Assembly (NCBI GenBank): GCA_009602725.1
Contig: WELB01000011.1
Coordinates: 666,652 to 730,651, forward strand
DNA from: Spirogloea muscicola
Taxonomy: Eukaryota
Length of the DNA stretch: 64,000 bases
Reading direction: 5' to 3'
The position numbers and the translations under genes were made by a program. Of this stretch, positions 1 through 11,177 are shown in pieces. Below the pieces are notes generated by a model, which worked only from the letters and a program-made list of their open reading frames with translations, did no database searches and was not told the origin of the DNA. Numbering within the stretch: the first letter of the stretch is position 1; each line of letters opens with the position of its first letter.

Positions 1-59
1 CGGCGCCGACGCTCGGGAGAGGCCGCCAGCACTGACTCGGCGGCGGCGGCGGCGGGCAG

Positions 60-1687
60 CTGGGCGCGGGCACGGGCCTCCCCGGGATCCTCGCCGCGAA
101 GCTCGGCGCGGCCGCCGTGGCGCTCACGGACCGCCACGACCAGCCGGCGGCGAGGCCCACCGCCTTAAACCCCAAACCCTCAGACCCCCGATTCCATTGT
201 CCACGACGACCAGCCAGAAGCGAGGCCCTATCCCAAAACCCAAAACCTTTACCCCTTCATTCCTACAGCCCACGACAGTGCTGCGCTGCCGCTGCTGCAT
301 GCTCTCGGTGAGCCTGAGCGCTTCTTAAAAGCAAAAAAGTGTAATTTTGTCCCACAAGGTTACCAACTTGGTTCACTCGTACCTGATAATGCACCTCGTG
401 AAGCTGATCCACGAATACCCGCAACGGCCCGCCGCACCTGCAGGTCTTGGAGAACCTGCGCGCCTCATGCGCGCTCAACAGCGTCAGCTGCGAGGTATCG
501 GAAGCGCTGTGCGAGTCACGCCCAAGGGTTTGGGATTCAGGGCTTGGGATTCAAAACGCAATGCTGTAATCTGAAAACCCAAGGGGCTACTGTCTGCCCA
601 GAGGGCGAGGCAAACCTCAGGAGACGCCGGCAGCCGGCTGAAACTATGGCGGCCGCGGCGCCCGCAGGTCCGACCGCTGACCTGGGGCCTGCGATACTGG
701 GATCCGCTGGACGACGCCGAGCCCCCGGACATTGTGCTGGCCGCTGACGTCCTCTACGATTCTGCAGGTCGCTAGCTGTGTTGCCAGCACCTCCTCGCTC
801 TGCGCAGCGACATCACACTGCCCTGCTGCCGTTGATGTGCTGCCGTCTTAGAAGTTGTTGCCGACAATCAGCAGCAAAAGGCAGATTGGCACAACAATTG
901 TTCATCATGATGAGGGCTTATAGTTCGACTAGGGTATACACTTCAGTTCTCAATTGGTGCAGGGTTAGCTTTCGAATGCTCACTGGTCAAGAACTCTGGC
1001 CAATATGCGTCCCAGAGGCCCTAGTCATCTAGTAGGCCCATTTCCATGCATTGCTAAATCAACTCAAGTTGCAGCTGGTGCTTGCCAGACTTTGAGGACT
1101 TCTTTGTGACGCTGCACCTGCTGCTGAGCTCGCGGCCGGGCGCGGCCGCCATGATCGCCTACCAGCACCGCAGGTCCGGCCCATGATAGGACATACCTGA
1201 ACACTCCACCTTCGTAACCTTTGGGCGACCACTTGTTGTTTACGTACAATCTCACTGCAAAACTGTGGTTCCTTTCCTTCATATACTTACAGGAGGGTTG
1301 ACAACCACCCTCACTCTCAAGGGTGCTCTGTCTCCTCCTCTGTAGTGTAGCTATTACGCTGGCCTGACCAGAGACCCAGTGCGCGCCGCCAGAAGGCAGT
1401 ACTTGGTGGAGGGTGACGAATCGTTATTGAGATTTGGCAACACGGGACTCATGTAGATCTGTGTTTGTGGCCTGTGGGTGCCTGCTCGCAGTAGTCATCG
1501 GTCGATCGAGTTCCTGATGGCCAAGTGGGGCCTGGCGTGTGCGTCCATCGTGCTCGCTGACGACTTCATGCCCCCCAGCAAACTTGAGAGCCTCAAGGCC
1601 GCTGCGGTGGAGGTCGTGGAGCTTGTTGTTGATGACCGTTGTGGCGGCGGTGGCAAGGGTGGCGTTGATTTTGGCAGCTCTGTGTAA
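60..1687 (+). CDS. METTL23-like lysine/histidine-type SAM-dependent methyltransferase (Methyltransf_16 family), 5' end outside the window, spliced
   Basis: Exons ~60-149 (LGAGTGLPGILAAKLGAAAVALTD, motif I), 444-494 (VLENLRASCALN), 668-767 (LTWG...DIVLAADVLYDSA, DxxY motif), ~1089-1173 (DFEDFFVTL...AYQHRS) and ~1492-1687 (SIEFLMAKWGL...stop). Confidence 0.85.
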
Positions 1688-3262
1688 CTCGTTCCCCGGC
1701 TTGCTAAAGCTGCCCTTCTGGTGCCTCCACTATGTCACAGTGCACTCTTGTTGCTCGTCCAGTCACAGGCTATAACAAGGATGCTTCCTCGGCACTTGAG
1801 AGTTACTGTCAGATACCTTAGACGCTTTAAGTATGTCGCAGTATATGCTGTATGACAAGGCAACTTCCCAGCATATACTAGCAGGCTGAAGTACGCTAAC
1901 AATCAGGTCATCTTGAGCTTCATGGCCACTCACAGCCATTGCCACCTGTAGAAAAGCTCACTTCGTAAAGAAGAAAATTCATCTGAGCAGGTGGGGCATC
2001 AAGTGTAGTGAGTTTATTTGAGCAGTATGGCTATCTTATGGTTATCCTATCTTCACTTGAGCTGCTTCAGCAAGAGTCTTGCTCTGGCAGCTTTGGCATA
2101 TCATTCCTGCGGAGCCTTGTTGAGTGCTCAAACGCTTCACCTGCCAGCTGACCAGCTTCATCAGTGTTGCATTTCCACATCCTCTAGATGCGGCATGGAG
2201 TGTTAGCTTAGGCAGGTGACATCAGTATTGCAGGCTGGACATCCTCCGCGAACTGGACCACCCCTCTTGGTTGCAGACTGCCAGAAATCACCTGCCTGCT
2301 GTGTGGCGCAACTCAATGTAAGAAATGTGAGAACGTCTACAACCGGTATGGAAGCGTAAAATGCCTGTAGTAACCACTTTGCTGCTACTGGACCCACGAT
2401 GGGTGACTTTGTCAATCCCCATTGCTGATTAAGGGGCCGCTGTCGCTCGTCCAAGTTCTGAAGCGGCACTGTTGCTCTGTTGCAAAGCGGCAGTCATTCC
2501 GTTTGTCCAAGCAAAGGGTGGCTTTATAAGCATGTCACGGGACTCCTTCCATCCAGCATAAAGGCAGCCAGGCAACCTATGTTACTACTTGCAAGTTGAC
2601 CAGGGTCGGGCTTTCCAGCCAGTGACAGACTTGGTGTCTACAAGGGCAGCTGAGTTGAGCACAGCTCTTTGAGGCAGTTTGCAATCAGTGTGACGAGGTC
2701 TGGACCACGATTGCTGGTGGGCTTGCAGGCATGTGCGGTGCCACATCCACACCCACACATACACATCTTTGTGGCTGCTCGTCCTATGTTGCTGCAACCT
2801 CATGCTTGAGACTGCTTCTTCAGGGGAAGTGTCAGTCTCTGGTTTTAGCCGCTCTTTAGATCAGGTTGGCACTGGAGACACACGACACTTTGAAACGCTC
2901 CGCAGTCTCAACCTGGAGTGAGTGTATGTACAATCTCAACAAGGGCAAGTTCCTAATGCAGGGGAGGGCATGTTTGCAGCTGCCGTTGTTTGGCAGGCTG
3001 TCAAGACTTGCCAAGTATGCCTTCCCCTGCTTTGTCTGCCATCCTACTCCCCTTTGGCCCAGCCTCGCACACGAGGCACTCTATCTTCTTGCGCGCGCGC
3101 TGCGCGCACTGTTTCGCACTCTACGTTACCTATCTCACCAGGGCAAGTCTATAGTAAAAAGATTCTGCAGTCTCCGCAACTTGGTAGAGACTGCAGAATG
3201 TGCAGTCAATAGCGCACGCGCACACTGGCGAAAGAGCTTGGCGAGTGCCGGTGCATCGCCGG

Positions 3263-6200
3263 TCACCGCATGCGGATGCTTTCATCAGCAAAGATCACAT
3301 CAGGATTCCGTATGTGCGGGTTGAGAGCCGCAACCTCGGTCCAGCGCGTGCCTGTCCCATGCACGCGCTGGCTGATGCTCCACAGCGTCTCGCCCTGCTT
3401 CACGCGCACCCGCGATGGCGGCGGCTTGGTCTTGAGGAGCGGGTGTGCGCGCCCCTTGCCCATGCCGTTGGCCGCCAGCCACCGCGACCCCGCCTGCTGA
3501 GCCTTGTCCGTGCCCCACATGCGCCGCTTGCCGCCGCTGTCCGCCTGCAGGCCCGTCATGTGGATGCCTGTGATTTTGAAGCGCGCCTCGCTCTTCTGCT
3601 CATCCTCCTCCGCAGTTGCGCCCGCAGCCGCTGCCGCCGTCGACATTGACTCCTGCCCCCTCCCCGCATCCCCCTGTCACAGTCCCACCAACGACAGGAT
3701 AACCTCCCAAGTGTGTCAGAGCAACTTCAATATCCAGAAATTGAGCATGCCTAATACGTCCCCAGGCCTTTAATCAACTCAATACTTGCGAGCACAAGCC
3801 CCAGCTTGAGACAGAACGCACGCTCTTTGCGGCCTCATCTGCCGCGAGGTCAGCTTGCTACCACACGCAGATGCAAATGAACCTTGAGCCCACATACTTC
3901 AGAATAGAAGAGTGAGCATTCAGCGCAGCCCAAGCTGACAGCAAGGGGCTGGTGCTCTGTGCTGCCTAACAGTCTGTGCTGCATCTGTGCCACTGCAGCA
4001 TTGACCATGGCGCCCTATGTCAGGGATTTGCCAGAGGTGTCTGCCAGTCAGCGGGCTTCTAGCCTGCTGAGCAAGCTGCCCGGACTGGCGGACACCTCTG
4101 GCAAGTGCCTGACATATGGCACCATGGTCAATACTGCAGGGTCTCAGATGTGAACCAGTCAAAACTTTTACAGGGGTTGTCCCATCTGCATGTTCACAAG
4201 GAGGGAAGCATGGTCAGGGCAGAGGCCCGACCTTGTAGGAGATGCGGCGTTGCAACTTGGCGGGCTTGGGCACAACCATGCGCTCCGCCTGCACGAGCGC
4301 CATCATTGGCGCGCCCACGGGCTCATAGTTGCGCGCCGGGTCGCGCAGCTGCACTAGCATGGCCAGCGTGATGGTGTTGCCCATTACACCACCGCTGCCA
4401 TCACCACCACTGCCGCCACGGCTTTTCTTTCTGCCGGTAGCGACCGCACCTCGCGGCGCCTGCCCCACGACCTGCAGCGCCTTCTTGCCGTGCCCATCGT
4501 CCACCATGATGAGGTCCTTGTGCACCGCCTGATGGGCCGCCAAGATAGCCAGTGTGTCCTGTGGCATGAAGTCCAGGATAAGCCTTTGGGCAAGTGTACT
4601 AGACCAATGACTGGGAGCTTGCCCGAAAGCTTACACTGTGGAACCTGAAGATGGCGGAAGCGAGCTAGGGCATGAGCTAACATCCTGAGGAGTGAGAGCA
4701 GGGCAGGTTGCTTTACATCGGCTGTGCTCTCATCGTCAAAGACGCCAGCATCGAGCCGGGTCCACTCATCCAGCGAGATGGCCATGCTCATCAGGTCCTT
4801 GTCATCCGCAGCCGCAGCAGCCGCCGCGTCGACCTCGTCGCGGTTGTGCTGCCGCTCCTCGACCTCTCTGCGACGATCTACCGCGCTTGCCTTGCGGCCC
4901 TCCAGCAGGTGCACCGTTGCTGCGCCGCCCAGCATTTCAACTTTGGTGCCCTGCTGAGCAAGTCACCGCGACACCCATAAAGACACGTCAGCAAGAATGA
5001 CCAGTAGGATGATGTAGAGATCAACTGTCATTCTCACCTAGCTTGTGGGCATCCCCTAAAGTACTGGAATTGTATATCCTGGGCTTGAGTGGAGGCAGAT
5101 CAAGCGGCCAGTACTTCACAAGCAGCATCTCTGCATATTAAAATGAGCTGGAGCGTACTCGCTTGCGACCATAGGGGCCTTCAAGGGCCTTGGTGTCGCC
5201 CCAGGACAACGCCTCCACTGTGCATGGCGCGTCCTCCTCAGCGTACCCCGCCTGAATTTTCAGGCCCTCCATAGCTAGGTACTCGATCGTCTGGCCAGGG
5301 GAGAGCGTCCAGAGGAGACCATAGTACAGATTGTCAGAAGCATTGGCTAACCGTCAACCAGTCATAGCACATTAAACGACTGTCAACAACTCTCTGCACT
5401 CAAGCTTTGACAGGTAGCATGCAGCCAAGAGCAGGTTGCACTTGGCAACAAGCCGCGCCAAGCCAATGGCATTGTTGTGAGGCTCGTGGCAGGGCTCACC
5501 TGCATTGCCAACGGCGCAAGTTCCTGGAGGCTCACAAACTCCTCCGACAGCTCCCCAGGAATGGCGGGAGGGCCCGCGCCGTTTGCCGTCTGGAGTGCTG
5601 ATGTGCCATAGCTGCCGCTAGGGGTGGAAGGTCGTACAGTCGCCAGGCTGCCGCCTGACGAGCGCCTCACAAGCGGGCCGGCATCTGGCTGGCTGCGCGG
5701 CGATGCGGCTGCAGCGCGGCTCCCTTGTGGGACGAGGGCGCCGCCCTGCTGTCGCAGCACAATCTGGCGTGCTTTCTCATGCAGCGCCTCACGAGAGCTG
5801 GCTGCCATGGGGACCGCTGCCGCACCTCTGCCAGTGACAGCGCCGCCGGCGTGCAGCACAACCGGACCATAATTTTGGCGTAGGACGAGAGCTCCGCTAC
5901 CGTCGCCACTGCCTCCAGGACTGCAGCTGCTCCCCTCCAGCCGGAGCTGCGAGCCTGCCCCGTTGGCCTCAAGAGCAAGCCTGCCGCGGCACACCATTTT
6001 CAGCACCGCACACAGGTCGCCGCAATCAAAGGAGGCCATTATTGCAATGCTTGCTTAGCAACCTTACCTGGCATGGCTGGCTGGCAGCGCGAGAGGAGAT
6101 GGGCTGCCCTCCAGAGCCAGGCCCTCCGCCTGAATCTGCTGCACCGACTTGCCGCCAATGTCCTCAAGCGGCATTGCCGCCATCGCCTGCAGCGTCATCG

Positions 6201-9200
6201 TTTCGGCGCCCGCGCCCGCCATCCGGTGGATTATCTCCATTGCGGACGACCCCAACTCCTTGGGCACAACCACCGGCTTTGATACCTGTGACCACGTCAT
6301 GGAGAGCGTGAATAAGCCGACCCTCACATGTGATGGTGTTTCTGATGGACAGAATGAGCATAAACTATAAAAGCCCACTTGAGATCTATTGGATGACTTC
6401 AGATGAAATGCACATGATATCTCAATACCGTCATGACATTATTGCATATCCACACACAACACACTTGTACTGAAGACAAGCATGCCACCCTGAATGATCT
6501 ACCAGGGCCACCAACATTCAGTGCTGGCAAGGTTATGCACACCTGCATGACAAGGCGGCCAGTTGTTGGGTCAAAGTGGCGCGGCGCCATGGAGCGCAGC
6601 ACGCCTCCATCACGAATCTGCACCGCGGAGCCCACGCCATCGGCCAGCGCAGGCGGCTGTAGCGCCTCCAGCCGCGAGAGAGTGGTGTCCACAGCGAGCT
6701 TGCCCCCCAGCACCGCACGGCGGCCCTCCTCTCCAAGGCCGTCAATCGACCTGCGGTCCATGCCCATGGCCTAGCATAGGCCGCAGCAGAGATGGCATGG
6801 AAGTCAGGCCGTTGCGTCAACCCAAGCAGTCCCACTCAGAGCACAGCAAAAGGAGCTCCAGTACATCAGACAGCAGACCAAGAGCCTGCACCCACCAACA
6901 TCAGCGCCTCAGTCTCCTCGTCTTCTAGTGCCTTGGCGCGAGAGCGGCTGCGCTCCAGGATGCCAGCGCGCCGGTGCTCCTCCTCCGCCATCTCCAGCAT
7001 GCGCGCCAGCTCAGTATCTTCGTCCTCCCAGCCTCCCTCGTAGACACCGCCACCATCGCCGCCGTCCTCGCCAGCACCAGCGGCGGCCTCCTCAAATCGG
7101 CTCAGCAGCACACCACGGGCAGCATGGCCTTCCCCCTGACCGCTGCCGCCGTCCTGGCCCTCATACGAGAACGAGTCCCTTGCAGAGCTGGTATCAGCAG
7201 GGGCGCCGGAGTGGGGCCCCCGGCTCGCCTCCTCCAGCATGCCCAGGAACTCATCCTCGTCCATATCTGCAGCCGCCGCCGCTGGCAGCGGGCCGTCTAC
7301 CTCGCCACCGACCTTACTGACTGAGAGCTCGCCGCCGTGCTCTGATGTCACACCGGACAGCACGGCTACCGAGGAGGAATCTTCGCTTGCAGAGTCGCCC
7401 TCCGTACCCTCCACCACTGGCTGTGCAGCCGCAGCATTTCGCATGCTGTACAGCTTGCTGCCGACGGCCATTGCACCAACTCCAACGCCGGCTACGGCCA
7501 GCCCGCCAACCGCCATGGGAGCCAGTGCCGCTGCTCCAGCAACAGCCGCAGCAGCCCCTGCTGCACCAGCCGCGCTCGCAGCTGCCGCGCCTCCAGCAGC
7601 GGCCCCTCCCGCCGCCATGCTCCCCACGGCTGCTGCCACAGCGCCGCCTACTGCTGTAAGCCCCGCCATTGCCATGGCCACGCGGCTCCTTGGTGCCGCC
7701 TGCTGCGCCTGTCCACTGCCTGCTTCCTCCAGACCCGCCTCACCAATGTCAGCAACCGCAACTCGCAGCTCATTGCTGTCCACGGCATTGTCACTTGCCG
7801 GAGCCGCCTCGGTTGTGCCCTTGACTGAAAAATTGTCATCAGCGGCAGCTGACAACGCTCTGCTATGGTTGGACTGATCAGCTTCATTGGACAGCGGCAG
7901 CTCGACGATGTCAATGTGCTCGGCAGCTACACCAGTAACATCCCCTCCTTCACTAGGACAGCCTCCATTTGGACCAGCCTTGTCGACAGCTGATGCAACA
8001 CCGGCAGCTGCTGCCGCAGCAGCTTTAGATGTGCCCTTGCCCTTGCCCTTCTTGCCACTCCTGCTCTTCCTGATGACGCCACCCGCCACTTCGCCACCAC
8101 CAACGCGACCATCTGCACCAGCGACGAGTGTGACATCGTCGGCGCTGGCCACTGATGCACGCTTTGATTTACTCTTCACGAGCTTGCTCTCCTTGCCCTT
8201 CTTTGGCAGTGCCACTGTATCGCCGCCGCCGCCCACCTCTGAGCTGCCTCCGCTAGACTTAAGGCCGCCCTTTGGCTTCTGTGCCTGCGTCGGTAGGAGA
8301 GGCGAACTGCTGTCATTGGCATCACCATCTACAGCGGCTGTTTCTCCAGCGGCAGTCGTAGCGCTGTCACCATTCGCCTCCGCGTCTTCGTCATCCATGC
8401 TCTCCGCCTCATGCTCGTCTCCTTCTTCGTCCTGATCCTCGCCCTCGCCCTCCTCATCATCATCCTCGCCATCCTCCGCAGACTCACCTTCGTCATCCTC
8501 GTCAACATCTTCGCCAGCTTGTCCTTGCAGCCCTGCTATCAGCGTCTCCTTGGCCACTTGTACCTCACCGCCATCGCCCCCATCCTCTGCTGCCACTGTG
8601 GCTGCTGACTCTTCCTCCTCCTCCTTGTTGTCCTCCTCTTCCTTCTCCTGCCCTTCCTCCTCCTCCTCCTCCTCCTCCTCCTCCTCCACCTTGCTGACCT
8701 TCTCCAACACAACCTCCATCAGAGGCGCGTCCTCCACAGCGCCACCATTTGCATCAGCATCCGCACTTTTGACATTACCATCCACCTCTTCGTTGTCATC
8801 GTTGGCCGTCTCCGCGCTTTTATTGGCCCTCGCAGCTAGGCCAGCGTCATCAGCAGAAGAAGCAACCGCCCCGCCGGCAGCCGCTAAGTTAGTGGGGCCA
8901 GGGCTGTCACGCCCAGGCGTTTCCGGCCGCGAAGCCGCGCGATTGAAGACGCGGCTGGACACGCGAGCGGCCCGCGTGCCACCACCACGCGGCATCTGTA
9001 CCTCGTATCCGAATGTCACGAGCAGGTCCGATGCCTCGCGGTTCGCCACGCGGTCCAGTGGGAAGGATGTGGTCCACGGTGACGCATCACCAGCCGCCCC
9101 ATTGAGCTTGCTTGGCAGCACACGGCTAAGGTCCAGCTTGTGGCGCCCAAGCACTGTCTCGCGGCCGGAGCCGATGCTGGTGCCGATTTCGAGGGCCGCT

Positions 9201-10078
9201 ACCGTTAGCGTAGACGACTTGGGCGTGTACTTGGAAGTTTCGTTGGGCCCTGCACCAACATACAGCGTGCACTTGAGGTGCAACGTCTGCTCCACCTCAG
9301 CCACGCCCTGCAGCAGCAACACACAGCCTGTGAGCACGACAATATAGCGCATGATCCTAAGTGCCATGCGCACAGCCACGACGTCGTCAAGAAATCTGGC
9401 ATGAGCCAGGGGTGGGGCCGAGCGGGCATTCAGTCTGAGCAGAGCACTGACGTTGATGATGGTGGCCGGGGCAGTGCGCGCGGCGACCTCGCGCCGCTGC
9501 CACTCAATGAGAAGCCGCCGGCCGTTGAGCTCCGCAGGCAGGCCCTCGACGCCGTGCACGTGCAGGGAGAAGGTGCAGGTAGAGCGCCGCTGGCCCATGC
9601 GGCTGAGCGCGCGTAGCGGCTTCCATCCAGCGAAGAAGCCCTGCTTGGCCATCAGCGGTGCTTCTAGCCGCTTGCTGAACTGCAGCTGGTCCTCGAGCCA
9701 CGCCGCAAAGTCGCGCGCCGCTGCCTCCGCCGCCGCGGCCCCCTGCAGCGGCTCCTGCCTCCTCGGCGCAAGCGACATGTGCTTCGTGAGCTTCTTGGCC
9801 ACCGGCACTTCGTCGTCCCCGTCCATCGTTGGGGGCAACGGAACCAGCTGGCCGCTGAGTGCCATCCGCGACATGCCCCCGACAAGAGCGGCCGTCGGCG
9901 TGACGGCGTTCCTCGGTGGCGGCCTCGCCAGCGTCTGGACACGGGACGACGGGGCACTGTGAGGGCCCGGCGCGGCCGTGGCTGGCGTTGAAGTTGCAGG
10001 GCTCTCAGCATCCGAGAAGCGGTCGGCGGCGGGCTGCCACGGCAGCGGCGTTGTCTCGCCGCTCCCAGCCGCTGGCAT
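3263..10078 (-). CDS. PMIR: PLASTID MOVEMENT IMPAIRED1-related protein (NT-C2 domain, acidic/low-complexity linker, PMI1/PMIR C-terminal domain, terminal LysM), spliced
   Basis: WKPLRALSRMGQRR..FSLHVHGVEGLP and LGRHKLDLSRVLP (NT-C2), AKALEDEETEALM, IRDGGVLRSMAP, SKPVVVPKELGSSAMEI, EFVSLQELAPLAM, MAISLDEWTRLDAG, GNTITLAMLVQLRDPARNYEPVGAPMMALVQAER, and C-terminal GETLWSIS...NPHIRNPDVIF. All match land-plant PMIR1 as I recall it. The start codon is uncertain. Confidence 0.9.
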
Positions 10079-10329
10079 CGGCGGCAGGCCGAGGCTGGCC
10101 CTTAGGACGGCGGGCGAGGCAGATGCGGCGCGCTTCAGCGGCGCATTGCCGAGGCCGTCTTCGCCGCCGCCGCCGCCGCCAGCAGGCTTGGTTGGAGTTG
10201 CTCGGCCGCCACCATCGAGACCGGCGGCCTTCCGACCAGGAGCCGCCGGCGGCAGCGGCGGCGTGGCCGGCGACCGCCGCTGCGGAGGCTCGGCCGCCGA
10301 CGAGGCCTCCGCCCTGNCCTACGCACGCC

Positions 10330-10366
<37 letters not shown>

Positions 10367-11177
10367 AGGCGGAGGCGGCGGAGTAGTCCAGGGCGTGCCG
10401 AGGTCGCATCGCCGAATGTGCGGGAGGTGGCGGGGGACGTCTCGTCAGCCCAACGTCGGAGCTTGATGTGGTTTTGTTTTGCATTACCGTCCAGGCCCGA
10501 GGCGCTCGTGGAGCTGGGGCCAGGGGCACTGATGCCGCCCCCGCCATGGGATTCGCCGACGGAACTCTCGCCATCGTTCGGCACGACGACGTCCTCGTCC
10601 TGTTCCGTCGCCGGGCCCTGAGGGGCCCCGCTCTTCCCGCGCTGCCTGGTCCGGTCGGGCAGCCCACAAACTGCCCGGCCTGCCCGAATACTGGCGGGGC
10701 GTCGGCTGGGGGTTAAGTGGAAGTGACAAAGGTGATCTTCCAAACGTGCCACCACGTCGAAACGCCGAAACCGAAAAGCCGAAAAGCGCTGAACGTGTTA
10801 ACTAAGCGAGGGCTATGTTGGGATAGTCACTCAGTAAATTCCAGTTAGTAGCCGGAGGTAAGAACGACTAGTTGCCGGAAAGATAAATGAAGCAGTTCCC
10901 TAGACGAAAGATAGCCAGAACTGCTAAAGCCAACCAGGCGCACACCAAGCGCCGTACCGGACATAACCAGGCACGCCGACGAAGGCGGGCAGCGGCGGCG
11001 GCGGCGGCGGCGGCGACGGCGGCGGCGGTGGCGAGTCGGATAATAGACTGACAGGGCGAGCCGGAGCGACAGAGGAGGGGCCGAGCGGCGGGCGCGAGCA
11101 AGGAGAGAGGCGTCGGTGGATGCGGTGTGCGCCTGCGGTGCTGGGAGCCCGAGGGCCGAGGGCGCGGCCGCGGCGGG

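Noticed and set aside
165..250. Telomere-like aaaccc repeats in METTL23 intron 1
   Set aside because: They are degenerate with no consecutive perfect CCCTAAA units. The ggtttaggtttagg near 45018 is explained by a possible PKPKP coding stretch.
1750..3100. Possible small gene between METTL23-like and PMIR
   Set aside because: Only short ORFs with stops in candidate exons and no recognisable motif.
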